DNA of 64,000 nt from Phocaeicola sp. (lineage in GTDB: Bacteria; Bacteroidota; Bacteroidia; Bacteroidales; Bacteroidaceae). The translations under genes were made by a program, and so were the position numbers. The stretch covers positions 9,776-73,775 of the forward strand of contig JARIAN010000103.1 in the NCBI GenBank assembly GCA_029257865.1. The letters run 5' to 3'. The first letter of the stretch is position 1. Each line of letters begins with the position of its first letter. A model generated the notes under the pieces. That model made no database searches, had not been told where the DNA came from, and saw nothing but the letters and a program-made list of their open reading frames with translations. This document shows, piece by piece, positions 51,801 to 59,213 of the stretch.

Positions 51801-52720
51801 ATTCTGAGTATGGCAAGAAGGCTGTACCTTTTGAACTGATTATTGATTTGAAGACCTTCAACCAGCTCGACAAGTTCCACTACTTAGGACGTCTGGATAG
51901 TGGAAACGGTCTGTTCTTGAAGGGTAAAGTGGCTTATAGCATCGACAAGCAGGAATGGACTGAAGCCGGAGACTTCAACTGGGAGCGCAACTCGGATGTG
52001 AAGGTATTTGAGTTTAAGGAACATCCTACTGCACGTTACATCAAACTTTCTGTTTCGGAAGCTGTGGGCAACTATGGTTCTGCACGTGAAATCTATGTAT
52101 TCAAAGTGCCTGGTACCGAAAGTTATATCCCGGGAGACATCAACAATGACAACAAGATTGATATGAACGACTTCACTTCCTACACCAACTATACCGGATT
52201 GAGAAAAGGTGACGGTGACTTTGACGGATACATCAGTGTGGGCGACATTAACAGAAACAACCTGATTGACTCTTACGACATTTCTGTGGTGGCTACTCAG
52301 CTGGAAGAAGGAGTGAATACCGACAACCAGAAAGACGATTTGGCAGGAAAACTGGAGGTTACTCCTTCGAAGAAGCATTTCAAGGCAGGAGAAATCGTGA
52401 CGGTTGCCGTCAAGGGAATTGACTTGAAATCGGTCAATGCATTCAGTTTTGCCTTGCCTTACGACCAGAACCTGTTTGAGTTTGTCGGCATCGAACCGCT
52501 TAACATCAAACAGATGGAAAACCTTACTTACGACCGCCTGCATACTAATGGTACCAAGTCATTGTATCCTACTTTCGTAAATACAGGTGAGAAAGAGATG
52601 CTGGAAGGCTCTACCGACTTGATTGTCATCAAACTGAAAGCCAAGAAGAATGGAACATTCAACCTGCAACCAACTGATGGTATGATTGTAGACAAGAAAC
52701 TGAACTTCCATACATTCTAA
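48863..52720 (+). CDS. multidomain GH31 glycoside hydrolase with FN3, F5/8-type-C, dockerin-like and cohesin-like modules
   Basis: Has a signal peptide and a GH31 core (VLKTDVAWVG, GIWSGDQTGGEWEYIRFHIPTYIGSGLSGQPNITSDMDGIFGG). An FN3 module follows (FYEIKLNG...YQFAIRAVNKDGYSEW), then a discoidin-like module (IWHSEY...ARYIKLSV). Next come two dockerin-type Ca-binding repeats (GDINNDNKIDMNDF and GDINRNNLIDSYDI, about 52133-52305). A cohesin-like C-terminus closes the protein (about 52340-52717). Confidence 0.9.
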   Translation: MKNNQSRILKSMVLALSIPLTVAGVPSYNITTNSLDGTETSPQQRIVSINQLNPTSFEVILQNNQRMTFDFYGNNIFRIFQDNNGGIIRNPQAQPEAQILLDNPRKTVQSLTAEDKGGEIIISTERILITLDKNTALMSIKDLKTNKVVMESLAPVAFDKDKVTITLKEHDKEYFYGGGVQNGRFSHKGKAIAIVNQNSWTDGGVASPTPFYWSTNGYGILFHTFKKGNYDFGAKQKGVVKLSHESDYLDMFCMVGDGAVENLNNFYQLTGNPVLLPKFGFFQGHLNAYNRDYWQEDEKGILFEDGKKYKESQKDNGGVKESLNGEKGNYQFSARAVIDRYKAHDMPLGWLLPNDGYGAGYGQTGTLDGNIQNLKELGDYARKNGVEIGLWTQSDLHPKKEVEPLLQRDIIKEVRDAGVRVLKTDVAWVGAGYSFGLNGVADVGQIMPYYGNDARPFIISLDGWAGTQRYAGIWSGDQTGGEWEYIRFHIPTYIGSGLSGQPNITSDMDGIFGGKNVPVNVRDFQWKTWTPMELNMDGWGANPKYPHILGEPAASINRMYLKLKSQLLPYSYSIAKEAVDGLPMIRAMFLEYPNEYTLGKSTQYQYLFGRDFLVAPIYQNTQADEKGNDIRNGIYLPEGEWVDYFTGDVYQGGRIINNYEAPLWKLPVFVRRGAIIAMNNAGNNVSEIDKSLRIYEVYPFRHNETTEYDDDGITESYKRKQCATTVIESELNDKQEATVTIHATKGDFNGFVREKATELRINLTAKPKAVVAKVGGKKVKLAEVASLDELNRSENCIYYEEAPDMNQYATPGSEFASVKIIKNPVLHVKLAKTDITLTPVTVTVKGYEYDTTEQLLQSQGSLQAPNATFQEGDIQAYTLKPTWSKVANADFYEIKLNGMIYSTIKDNSLLFEGLEAEKEYQFAIRAVNKDGYSEWKEFSATTKPNPLEFAIHGLSGECSAPSQFGTECMFDFHETGDIWHSEYGKKAVPFELIIDLKTFNQLDKFHYLGRLDSGNGLFLKGKVAYSIDKQEWTEAGDFNWERNSDVKVFEFKEHPTARYIKLSVSEAVGNYGSAREIYVFKVPGTESYIPGDINNDNKIDMNDFTSYTNYTGLRKGDGDFDGYISVGDINRNNLIDSYDISVVATQLEEGVNTDNQKDDLAGKLEVTPSKKHFKAGEIVTVAVKGIDLKSVNAFSFALPYDQNLFEFVGIEPLNIKQMENLTYDRLHTNGTKSLYPTFVNTGEKEMLEGSTDLIVIKLKAKKNGTFNLQPTDGMIVDKKLNFHTF

Positions 52721-52761
52721 ACAAAGTGATATTACTACAATGTAATACCCCTTTGAACAAC

Positions 52762-52801
52762 AAGAAGGCCGGATTCCTCGCTATTGGAATCCAGCCTTCT
52801 T
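52762..52801. terminator. bidirectional terminator between the GH31 gene and thrA
   Basis: AAGAAGGCCGGATTCC-TCGCTATT-GGAATCCAGCCTTCTT, with 15 of 16 stem pairs. Confidence 0.8.
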
Positions 52802-52874
52802 TTGTCTTATCACCGAACCACAACGGTTTACCATTCCTTGACAGTTCTTGTTTCAGAAAACTTCGGCAGCCTGC

Positions 52875-55307
52875 TTAAATATTGGCTATGCTCATAATAT
52901 CGGCAAATACACCGGCAGCAGTCACACTGGCTCCGGCTCCATATCCCTGAATCTGCATCGGATATTCTCTATAACGTTCGGTGGTAAGCAGAATGATATT
53001 GTTGCTACCTTCCAGATTATAGAATGGATGCTTACTGTCCACTTCCTCTAGAGCCACTACTCCTTTGCCGTCTTCCCAGCGTGCCACAAAGCGCCAGCGC
53101 ATCTTCTTTTCTTCCAGCAGTCTGCGCTTCTCCTCAAACTCCTTGTCCAGAGATGGCAGTTTCTTCCAGAAGTCTTCTTGCGCCCCTTCAAAAAGCTCAT
53201 CCGGAATAAAGAGATGCTTCTCTATATCTTCCTGCTCAGGACAATAACCAGCTTCACGTGCCAAAATCACCAATTTACGAATCACATCCTTCCCGCTCAG
53301 GTCCAAACGAGGGTCCGGCTCTGAATAGCCTTCCTCCTTGGCTCTTCTGATGGTCTCACTCAAAGGTACTTCCGCACTCAGTTCATTAAAGATATAGTTG
53401 AGAGTACCACTTACCACTGCTTCTATTTTCAGAATACGGTCTCCGCTGTTTATCAAGTCATTGATAGTATTGATTACCGGAAGTCCTGCCCCTACGTTGG
53501 TTTCAAACAAGAACTTCACTCCACGTTGTCGGGCAATGTGTTTCAGTTCGGCATAGCGCACATATTCAGCCGAAGCCGCAATTTTATTGGCAGCCACCAC
53601 CGAAATGTTATGGCTGAGGAAACCTTTATAAAGAGAGGCAATACCTTCATTGGCTGTACAGTCAACAAATACCGAGTTAAAAATATTCATTCCGATAATC
53701 TCATCGTGCAGCACCTGAGGCGAAGAAGTGATACCTTTCTCCTCCAGTTCCTGACGATAGTTGTCCAGATTGATTCCTCCCCGGTCAAACAAGGCCTTGT
53801 GTCCATTGGCGATACCCACCACACGGAGTTTCAATCCACGTTCTTGCTTCAAGCGCTCCTGTTGTCCGTTTATCTGCTCTATCAAACTGTTTCCTACTGT
53901 TCCAATACCGCAAATAAACAAGTTCAGCACCTGATATTCTGAAAGGAAGAAAGAATCGTGAATCACGTTTAAAGTCTTTCTCAAGGAATTGCGGTTCACT
54001 ACAAATGAGATATTGGTTTCGGCAGCACCCTGTGCGCAAGCAATCACATTGATACCGTTTCTTCCCAAAGTGCCAAACAGTTTTCCGGCTATACCCGGAG
54101 TATGTCGCATATTCTCTCCCACGATAGCTACTGTGGCCAAGTCCGATTCGGCTTTCATCGGTGAAATTTCTCCGGTTTCTATCTCTTTGGCAAACTCCTC
54201 GTTCAGCACATCACATGCCAAGTCTGCATCCTCGTTTCTTACACCTATAGAAGTGGAGTTCTCTGAAGAGGCTTGAGACACCAAGAACACACTGATACCG
54301 TTTTCTGCCAATGCCTTGAAAATACGGTGGTTTACACCAATCACTCCCACCATACCAAGTCCGGTCATTGTAATCAGACTGGTGTCATTGATAGAAGAAA
54401 TACCTTTGATGGCTTTCGATGAACGGTCGATGTCTTGACGAATAATAGTGCCCGGAGCATCCGGATTGAACGTATTTTTAATAAGGATAGGAATATTCTT
54501 ATGGCATACCGGATAGATAGTAGGCGGATATACCACTTTCGCACCAAAGTTGCACAGTTCCATAGCCTCAATATAACTCAGTTCGGCAATAGGATAAGCA
54601 TTGCTGATGACACGAGGGTCGGCAGTCATAAAGCCGTCTACATCGGTCCATATTTCCAATGACTCAGCCTCCAAAGAGGCAGCCAAGATAGAAGCTGTAT
54701 AGTCTGAACCTCCTCTACCCAGGTTAGTCACTTCACCCGTATTCTTGTCCGACGAGATAAACCCCGGTACCAACGCTACGCGCGGCAGTTTTTCAAAAGT
54801 CTGATGCACCAGTTTGTTGGTCAGTTCTGCGTCAAGCACATGCTTATTATGCTTTTTCTCGGTCTTGATGAAAGAACGTGAATCATACCATACAGCCCCG
54901 TCAATCAAAGCAGCCGCTATGATGGATGAGAGCCGTTCGCCGTAACTCACAATGGTGGCCGAAGTCTTTGGCGACAAGTCGCGGATAAGAAAAATCCCTT
55001 GAAAAATATCCTTCAGCTCATTCAGGAGTTCCGTTACACAGTCTAGTAGTAATTCTCTTTTCTGCCCGGCCGGAATCACCGTATATACCATTTCGATGTG
55101 GCGGTTGGTTATCTCCTTCATTTCTTTCTCATAACCCGACTCGCCGGCAGCCGCCATTTGCGATGTTTTAATCAACTTATCGGTAATGCCTCCCAAAGCA
55201 GATACCACTACTATCACATTGTCGTCTACAGATTCGATAATCTTCTTGACATTCAACATGCTGTTGACCGACCCAACTGATGATCCTCCAAATTTTAATA
55301 CTTTCAT
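52875..55307 (-). CDS. thrA: bifunctional aspartokinase / homoserine dehydrogenase
   Basis: The start was placed at MKVLKFGGSSVG. It has an aspartokinase domain, ACT repeats, and a C-terminal homoserine dehydrogenase (ICGIGTVG...). Confidence 0.95.
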   Translation of the reverse strand: MKVLKFGGSSVGSVNSMLNVKKIIESVDDNVIVVVSALGGITDKLIKTSQMAAAGESGYEKEMKEITNRHIEMVYTVIPAGQKRELLLDCVTELLNELKDIFQGIFLIRDLSPKTSATIVSYGERLSSIIAAALIDGAVWYDSRSFIKTEKKHNKHVLDAELTNKLVHQTFEKLPRVALVPGFISSDKNTGEVTNLGRGGSDYTASILAASLEAESLEIWTDVDGFMTADPRVISNAYPIAELSYIEAMELCNFGAKVVYPPTIYPVCHKNIPILIKNTFNPDAPGTIIRQDIDRSSKAIKGISSINDTSLITMTGLGMVGVIGVNHRIFKALAENGISVFLVSQASSENSTSIGVRNEDADLACDVLNEEFAKEIETGEISPMKAESDLATVAIVGENMRHTPGIAGKLFGTLGRNGINVIACAQGAAETNISFVVNRNSLRKTLNVIHDSFFLSEYQVLNLFICGIGTVGNSLIEQINGQQERLKQERGLKLRVVGIANGHKALFDRGGINLDNYRQELEEKGITSSPQVLHDEIIGMNIFNSVFVDCTANEGIASLYKGFLSHNISVVAANKIAASAEYVRYAELKHIARQRGVKFLFETNVGAGLPVINTINDLINSGDRILKIEAVVSGTLNYIFNELSAEVPLSETIRRAKEEGYSEPDPRLDLSGKDVIRKLVILAREAGYCPEQEDIEKHLFIPDELFEGAQEDFWKKLPSLDKEFEEKRRLLEEKKMRWRFVARWEDGKGVVALEEVDSKHPFYNLEGSNNIILLTTERYREYPMQIQGYGAGASVTAAGVFADIMSIANI

Positions 55308-55393
55308 GCAACGTAAATATAAGGCATTCACTCCTTCATTTCCTTGTTGGAAATAAAAGACTGAATGATGAATAGATAAAATGTGTTTATTCT

Positions 55394-55428
55394 CGAAAAA
55401 ACAGAAAAAGATGCCTGCCTACACAGGC
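55394..55428 (-). terminator. candidate leader terminator/attenuator upstream of thrA
   Basis: Minus strand reads GCCTG-TGTAGG-CAGGC followed by ATCTTTTTCTGTTTTTTCG, about 90 nt before the thrA ATG. The stem is only 5 bp. Confidence 0.4.
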
Positions 55429-55464
55429 GTGTATCACATAGAAACACCGATATATACATTATGC

Positions 55465-55551
55465 TCACCCCAGAGGGGCCATCCCTTTGGGCATGTGCAG
55501 ACACATTCGTCCGCCCGCAGTCATAATGATATAATTTTTCATTCGGTTCAT
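55465..55551 (-). CDS. candidate 28-codon leader ORF of thrA
   Basis: MNRMKNYIIMTAGGRMCLHMPKGMAPLG* starts about 20 nt after a TATATTTG box (55572-55579, minus strand) and ends before GC-rich hairpins and the U-tract. Confidence 0.3.
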   Translation of the reverse strand: MNRMKNYIIMTAGGRMCLHMPKGMAPLG

Positions 55552-55834
55552 GATAATTGTCTTAGTGAGGACAAATATAACAACATTTTTCCACAAACAA
55601 GCGGTTTGGAAATCTTTTTTTGAAATCAAAAAACAGCCAATATCAAAAATCAAGTAAAAAAACAGCTTTCCATTGCTTTTTGTAAGCAAAATGGAGATAT
55701 TCCGTTTTTTAACCTTCACTCAAAAAAGAGATTCTAGAAGAAAAAATTCTATTTTTATGATGATTTTTCCCTCACTTGCTATGGTTTTGTAGGTTTTATA
55801 CTATTTTTATACAGAGATCTTCGACATATTTTTC

Positions 55835-55897
55835 AGAAAATATGTAATTATTCTCCAAAAAATATGTCGAAAAATGAGGAAAAATATGCCGACGATT
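55835..55897 (+). repeat. conserved intergenic element, copy C
   Basis: GAAAATATGTAATTATT-N27-AAAAATATGCCGACGAT. Both 17-mers and the 27-nt spacing are identical to copy A. AAAATATG boxes start at 55837, 55859 and 55881, an exact 22-nt phasing. TTCGACATATTTTT (55820-55833) pairs with AAAAATATGTCGAA (55858-55871). Confidence 0.7.
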
Positions 55898-56241
55898 GGC
55901 ACATTTTTAGTATTCTACCCCACAAAAACCACCTAATCCATTGTATTTTCTAATTATTTGCCCCTATTAAAAAGATCCTTGTTTTAACCATAACACACTG
56001 TAAAATAATAATATACATCAAATTCAGTCACTCCACAATCGCAAATTTTCCAACAACTTTACGATGACACGCAAAATCAAGATTCTCACACTTCCGATTT
56101 TACATTTTGACAAACTGTCACCCTCCAAGGCAAGCAGAATTATGGATCTCGTATTCCCCTCAAATAAAAAAAATAACAGCCAAGCAGACCCATCCGTTTA
56201 CAAATCCATTCCAATCTATTGCAGATGAATAAAAAATAACG

Positions 56242-56249
56242 TACTTTTG
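56242..56249 (+). promoter_or_regulatory. -7 box TACTTTTG upstream of frr
   Basis: Exact TAnnTTTG match, 53 nt upstream of the frr ATG. Confidence 0.5.
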
Positions 56250-56301
56250 TTCACATAAATACTTATCATTTAATAGATAAACTTAAAAAAGAAAAGAATA
56301 T

Positions 56302-56862
56302 ATGGCAGATTCAAAAACTATTCTCAGCGAAGCTGAAGAAAAAATGGATATGGCAACAATGTATCTTGACGATGCTCTGGCACACATCCGTGCAGGAAAA
56401 GCTGATGTACGCTTGCTTGACAATATCCGCGTAGACTCTTACGGAAGCATGGTTCCAATCAACAACGTAGCAGCTGTAAGCACTCCTGATGCCAGAAGTA
56501 TCGCTATCAAGCCTTGGGACAAAAGCATGTTTAGAGTAATTGAAAAAGCTATCATTGACTCGGAACTGGGTATCATGCCAGAAAACAACGGTGAAATCAT
56601 CCGTCTGGGTATCCCTCCATTGACCGAAGAACGCCGTAAGCAGCTGGCTAAACAGTGCAAGGGTGAAGGTGAGACTGCCAAGGTGAGCGTAAGAAATGCA
56701 CGCCGCGACGCTATCGATGCACTGAAAAAAGCAGTGAAAGATGGTATGGCTGAAGACGAACAGAAAAATTCTGAAGCTAAACTGCAAAAGGTTCACGACA
56801 AGTACATCAAACAGATTGATGACATGCTCGCTGCCAAAGACAAAGAAATCATGACTGTATAA
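56302..56862 (+). CDS. frr: ribosome recycling factor
   Basis: 186 aa. Contains [28 protein letters not shown]...[16 protein letters not shown]. Confidence 0.96.
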   Translation: MADSKTILSEAEEKMDMATMYLDDALAHIRAGKADVRLLDNIRVDSYGSMVPINNVAAVSTPDARSIAIKPWDKSMFRVIEKAIIDSELGIMPENNGEIIRLGIPPLTEERRKQLAKQCKGEGETAKVSVRNARRDAIDALKKAVKDGMAEDEQKNSEAKLQKVHDKYIKQIDDMLAAKDKEIMTV

Positions 56863-56889
56863 GCAGATTGCTTACGCAAAAAAATCAAT

Positions 56890-56939
56890 GAATGAGGAGG
56901 TGGCTAAACATTCTCTAGCTACACTCCTCATTCTTTTTA
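56890..56939 (+). terminator. intrinsic terminator after frr
   Basis: GAATGAGGAG...CTCCTCATTC forms a 10-bp stem (plus inner GCTA/TAGC pairs), followed by TTTTTA. Confidence 0.75.
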
Positions 56940-57026
56940 TACCTCCCTCCCCTTCTTATTTATACACTCATTTATATGCACCCCCTGTGCATAACCTCAC
57001 AACCAACTAACCAGATTGATTGAACC

Positions 57027-57515
57027 ATGACTCTTAAAAGCCTTTTCTTGACAGGTTGCCTCTGTATGACCAGCCTGTACACCAATGCACAGATACCCGT
57101 TGTCAAACTGAAAGATATAGACGGAAAAACCATAGATGCAAGCAGCCTCAACCAAAGCGGAACTCCTACCATTGTCAGTTTCTTTGCCACATGGTGCAAA
57201 CCTTGCCTCCGCGAACTGAATACCATCAGCGAACTGTATGACGACTGGCAAGAAGAAACCGGAGTACAGCTCATTGCTGTCTCTATCGATGAGGGAGCCA
57301 ACTCCTTCAAGGTGAAACCATTGGCACGTGTACAAGACTGGAATTTCTCGGTATGGCTGGACAGCAACAAGGACCTGATGCGCGCACTGAACGTAAATAT
57401 GATTCCTAGTGTTTTCGTGATTGACCAAGAAGGAAATATCGTTTACCGGCATACCGGATATGCGGAAGGTGACGAAAATGAATTGTTCAAACAAGTTAAA
57501 GCATTGGTGAAATGA
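57027..57515 (+). CDS. TlpA/ResA-like periplasmic thiol-disulfide oxidoreductase
   Basis: Has a signal peptide and the thioredoxin motif FATWCKPC. Its stop overlaps the next ATG (ATGA at 57512-57515). Confidence 0.88.
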   Translation: MTLKSLFLTGCLCMTSLYTNAQIPVVKLKDIDGKTIDASSLNQSGTPTIVSFFATWCKPCLRELNTISELYDDWQEETGVQLIAVSIDEGANSFKVKPLARVQDWNFSVWLDSNKDLMRALNVNMIPSVFVIDQEGNIVYRHTGYAEGDENELFKQVKALVK

Positions 57516-59203
57516 AGAAAATCATAACTCTGCTCGGGGGATGTATGTGTATGGCATACTCTGCCAATGCGCAAACTGACTTTGCACCGGAGAAAAATAA
57601 TTCCTGGAAGCTGAGAAGCAGTTTCAGCCTGCAGTCGGACATCCATTATGCTACACGGCGCAACGACTTAGATAAAAACTGGGCCGGAAACTCTTATCTT
57701 ACCGGAAATATCCAAAATGATTTTCTGGAACTCGGCATGAGAGTGGAAGAAATGAACCATCCGCTACCCGGATATGAAACCAACAAGGGGTGGGGAATCC
57801 CTAATGTATACCTCAAAGGAAGATACCGCTTTTTTGAAGTGACAGTGGGCGATTTTTATGAACAGTTCGGCAGCGGTGTCTTGCTCCGAACTTACGAGGA
57901 CCGCAGCCTGGGTATTGATAACTCCATCCGGGGAGGACGGATTGTGCTGACTCCGGTGCAATGGGCTACCATCAAACTGCTGGGCGGACAACAACGAAAC
58001 CACTTCGACCGGGACTGGAAGGTGATTAATCATGACCGCGGATATGTGTATGGAGGAGATTTGGAACTGAACCTGGCACAGTGGTTCAAACCGATACGAG
58101 ACACCTGGAACATCAGCCTGGGAAATGCCTGGGTTACCAAGCATGAAGCCCCTGACCCTATCACGCAGGTAGTAAACGGCAAACTTCAACTTCTGAACCA
58201 ACCTGTAAACGTATCAGCCTTTGCCTCCCGACTCAGACTGCAACATGGCGACTGGGATGTTTATACGGAATATGCCCATAAAATCAACGACCCCAATGCA
58301 ACCAACAACTATATTTACAAGCCGGGGTCTGTAGCCATGATTACCGCTACCTATGCCCACCGCGGAATAAGTGTGCTGCTGGGGGCCAGAAGAAGTGAGA
58401 ACTTTGATTTCCGCTCGGCCAGAACTGCCACTCAGACCGACTTATATCTCAACCACTTGCAGCCGTTTACGCAACAGCAAAGTTATACGCTGGCTGCCTT
58501 GTACCCGTATGCCACTCAGCCCAACGGCGAATGGGCCCTGCAGTCGGAAATCCGTTACCGTTTCAGGAAAGGCTCTGCACTGGGAGGTAAATATGGCATG
58601 ATGGTCAAACTCTCTGCCTCACAAATCAAGGGACTGAAGCGCAAGGGAGAAGCACAGCAAGAAGAGACTACCCTCTCTCCTATGGGACAGGATGGAGAGA
58701 AGACTTATTTTTGGAGGATGAGCGAGAAATATTTCCACGATATTGACCTGGAAATAAGCAAGAAGGTTTCCAGAAACTATAGTTTTACCGCCACCTACAT
58801 GAACCAGGCATACAACCAGCAAGTAATAGAAGGACACGCTGAAAATGGACGTGTCATCCACAGCCACATTTTTATCTACGACGGAAAGCATAAAATATCC
58901 CCACGGCTGGCACTGAGGACAGAACTGCAGTACCTGCACACCAGACAGGCTGAAAGAGACTGGCTGTTCGGCATGCTGGAATGCTCGGCTTTCACACATT
59001 ATATATTCTCTGTCAGCGACCAGTGGAATACCGGAACTACCGGAAAACATTACTACCTGGTTTCGGCTGCCGGCAATTTCGGCAACCACCGCCTACAACT
59101 TTCATACGGCCGTACCCGCAAGGGAATAAACTGCTCGGGAGGAGTATGCCGGATGATGCCCGCTACAGAAGGGCTTTACCTTTCGTACAACTTGAATTTT
59201 TAA
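57512..59203 (+). CDS. predicted outer-membrane beta-barrel protein (recalled as DUF6029-like, unverified)
   Basis: Has a signal peptide ending ANAQ and an alternating beta-strand pattern. The C-terminus GLYLSYNLNF ends in an aromatic residue, as expected for an OMP beta-signal. A conserved GGVC lies near the end. Confidence 0.75.
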   Translation: MKKIITLLGGCMCMAYSANAQTDFAPEKNNSWKLRSSFSLQSDIHYATRRNDLDKNWAGNSYLTGNIQNDFLELGMRVEEMNHPLPGYETNKGWGIPNVYLKGRYRFFEVTVGDFYEQFGSGVLLRTYEDRSLGIDNSIRGGRIVLTPVQWATIKLLGGQQRNHFDRDWKVINHDRGYVYGGDLELNLAQWFKPIRDTWNISLGNAWVTKHEAPDPITQVVNGKLQLLNQPVNVSAFASRLRLQHGDWDVYTEYAHKINDPNATNNYIYKPGSVAMITATYAHRGISVLLGARRSENFDFRSARTATQTDLYLNHLQPFTQQQSYTLAALYPYATQPNGEWALQSEIRYRFRKGSALGGKYGMMVKLSASQIKGLKRKGEAQQEETTLSPMGQDGEKTYFWRMSEKYFHDIDLEISKKVSRNYSFTATYMNQAYNQQVIEGHAENGRVIHSHIFIYDGKHKISPRLALRTELQYLHTRQAERDWLFGMLECSAFTHYIFSVSDQWNTGTTGKHYYLVSAAGNFGNHRLQLSYGRTRKGINCSGGVCRMMPATEGLYLSYNLNF

Positions 59204-59213
59204 CAGACTTAGC

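Noticed and set aside
55308-55580. Possible SAM-I or lysine riboswitch upstream of thrA, suggested by the GGGAUGGCCC string.
   Set aside because: The surrounding conserved riboswitch cores (for example UAUCAAGAG...GCAACC for SAM-I) are not present. Only a short chance-level resemblance was seen.
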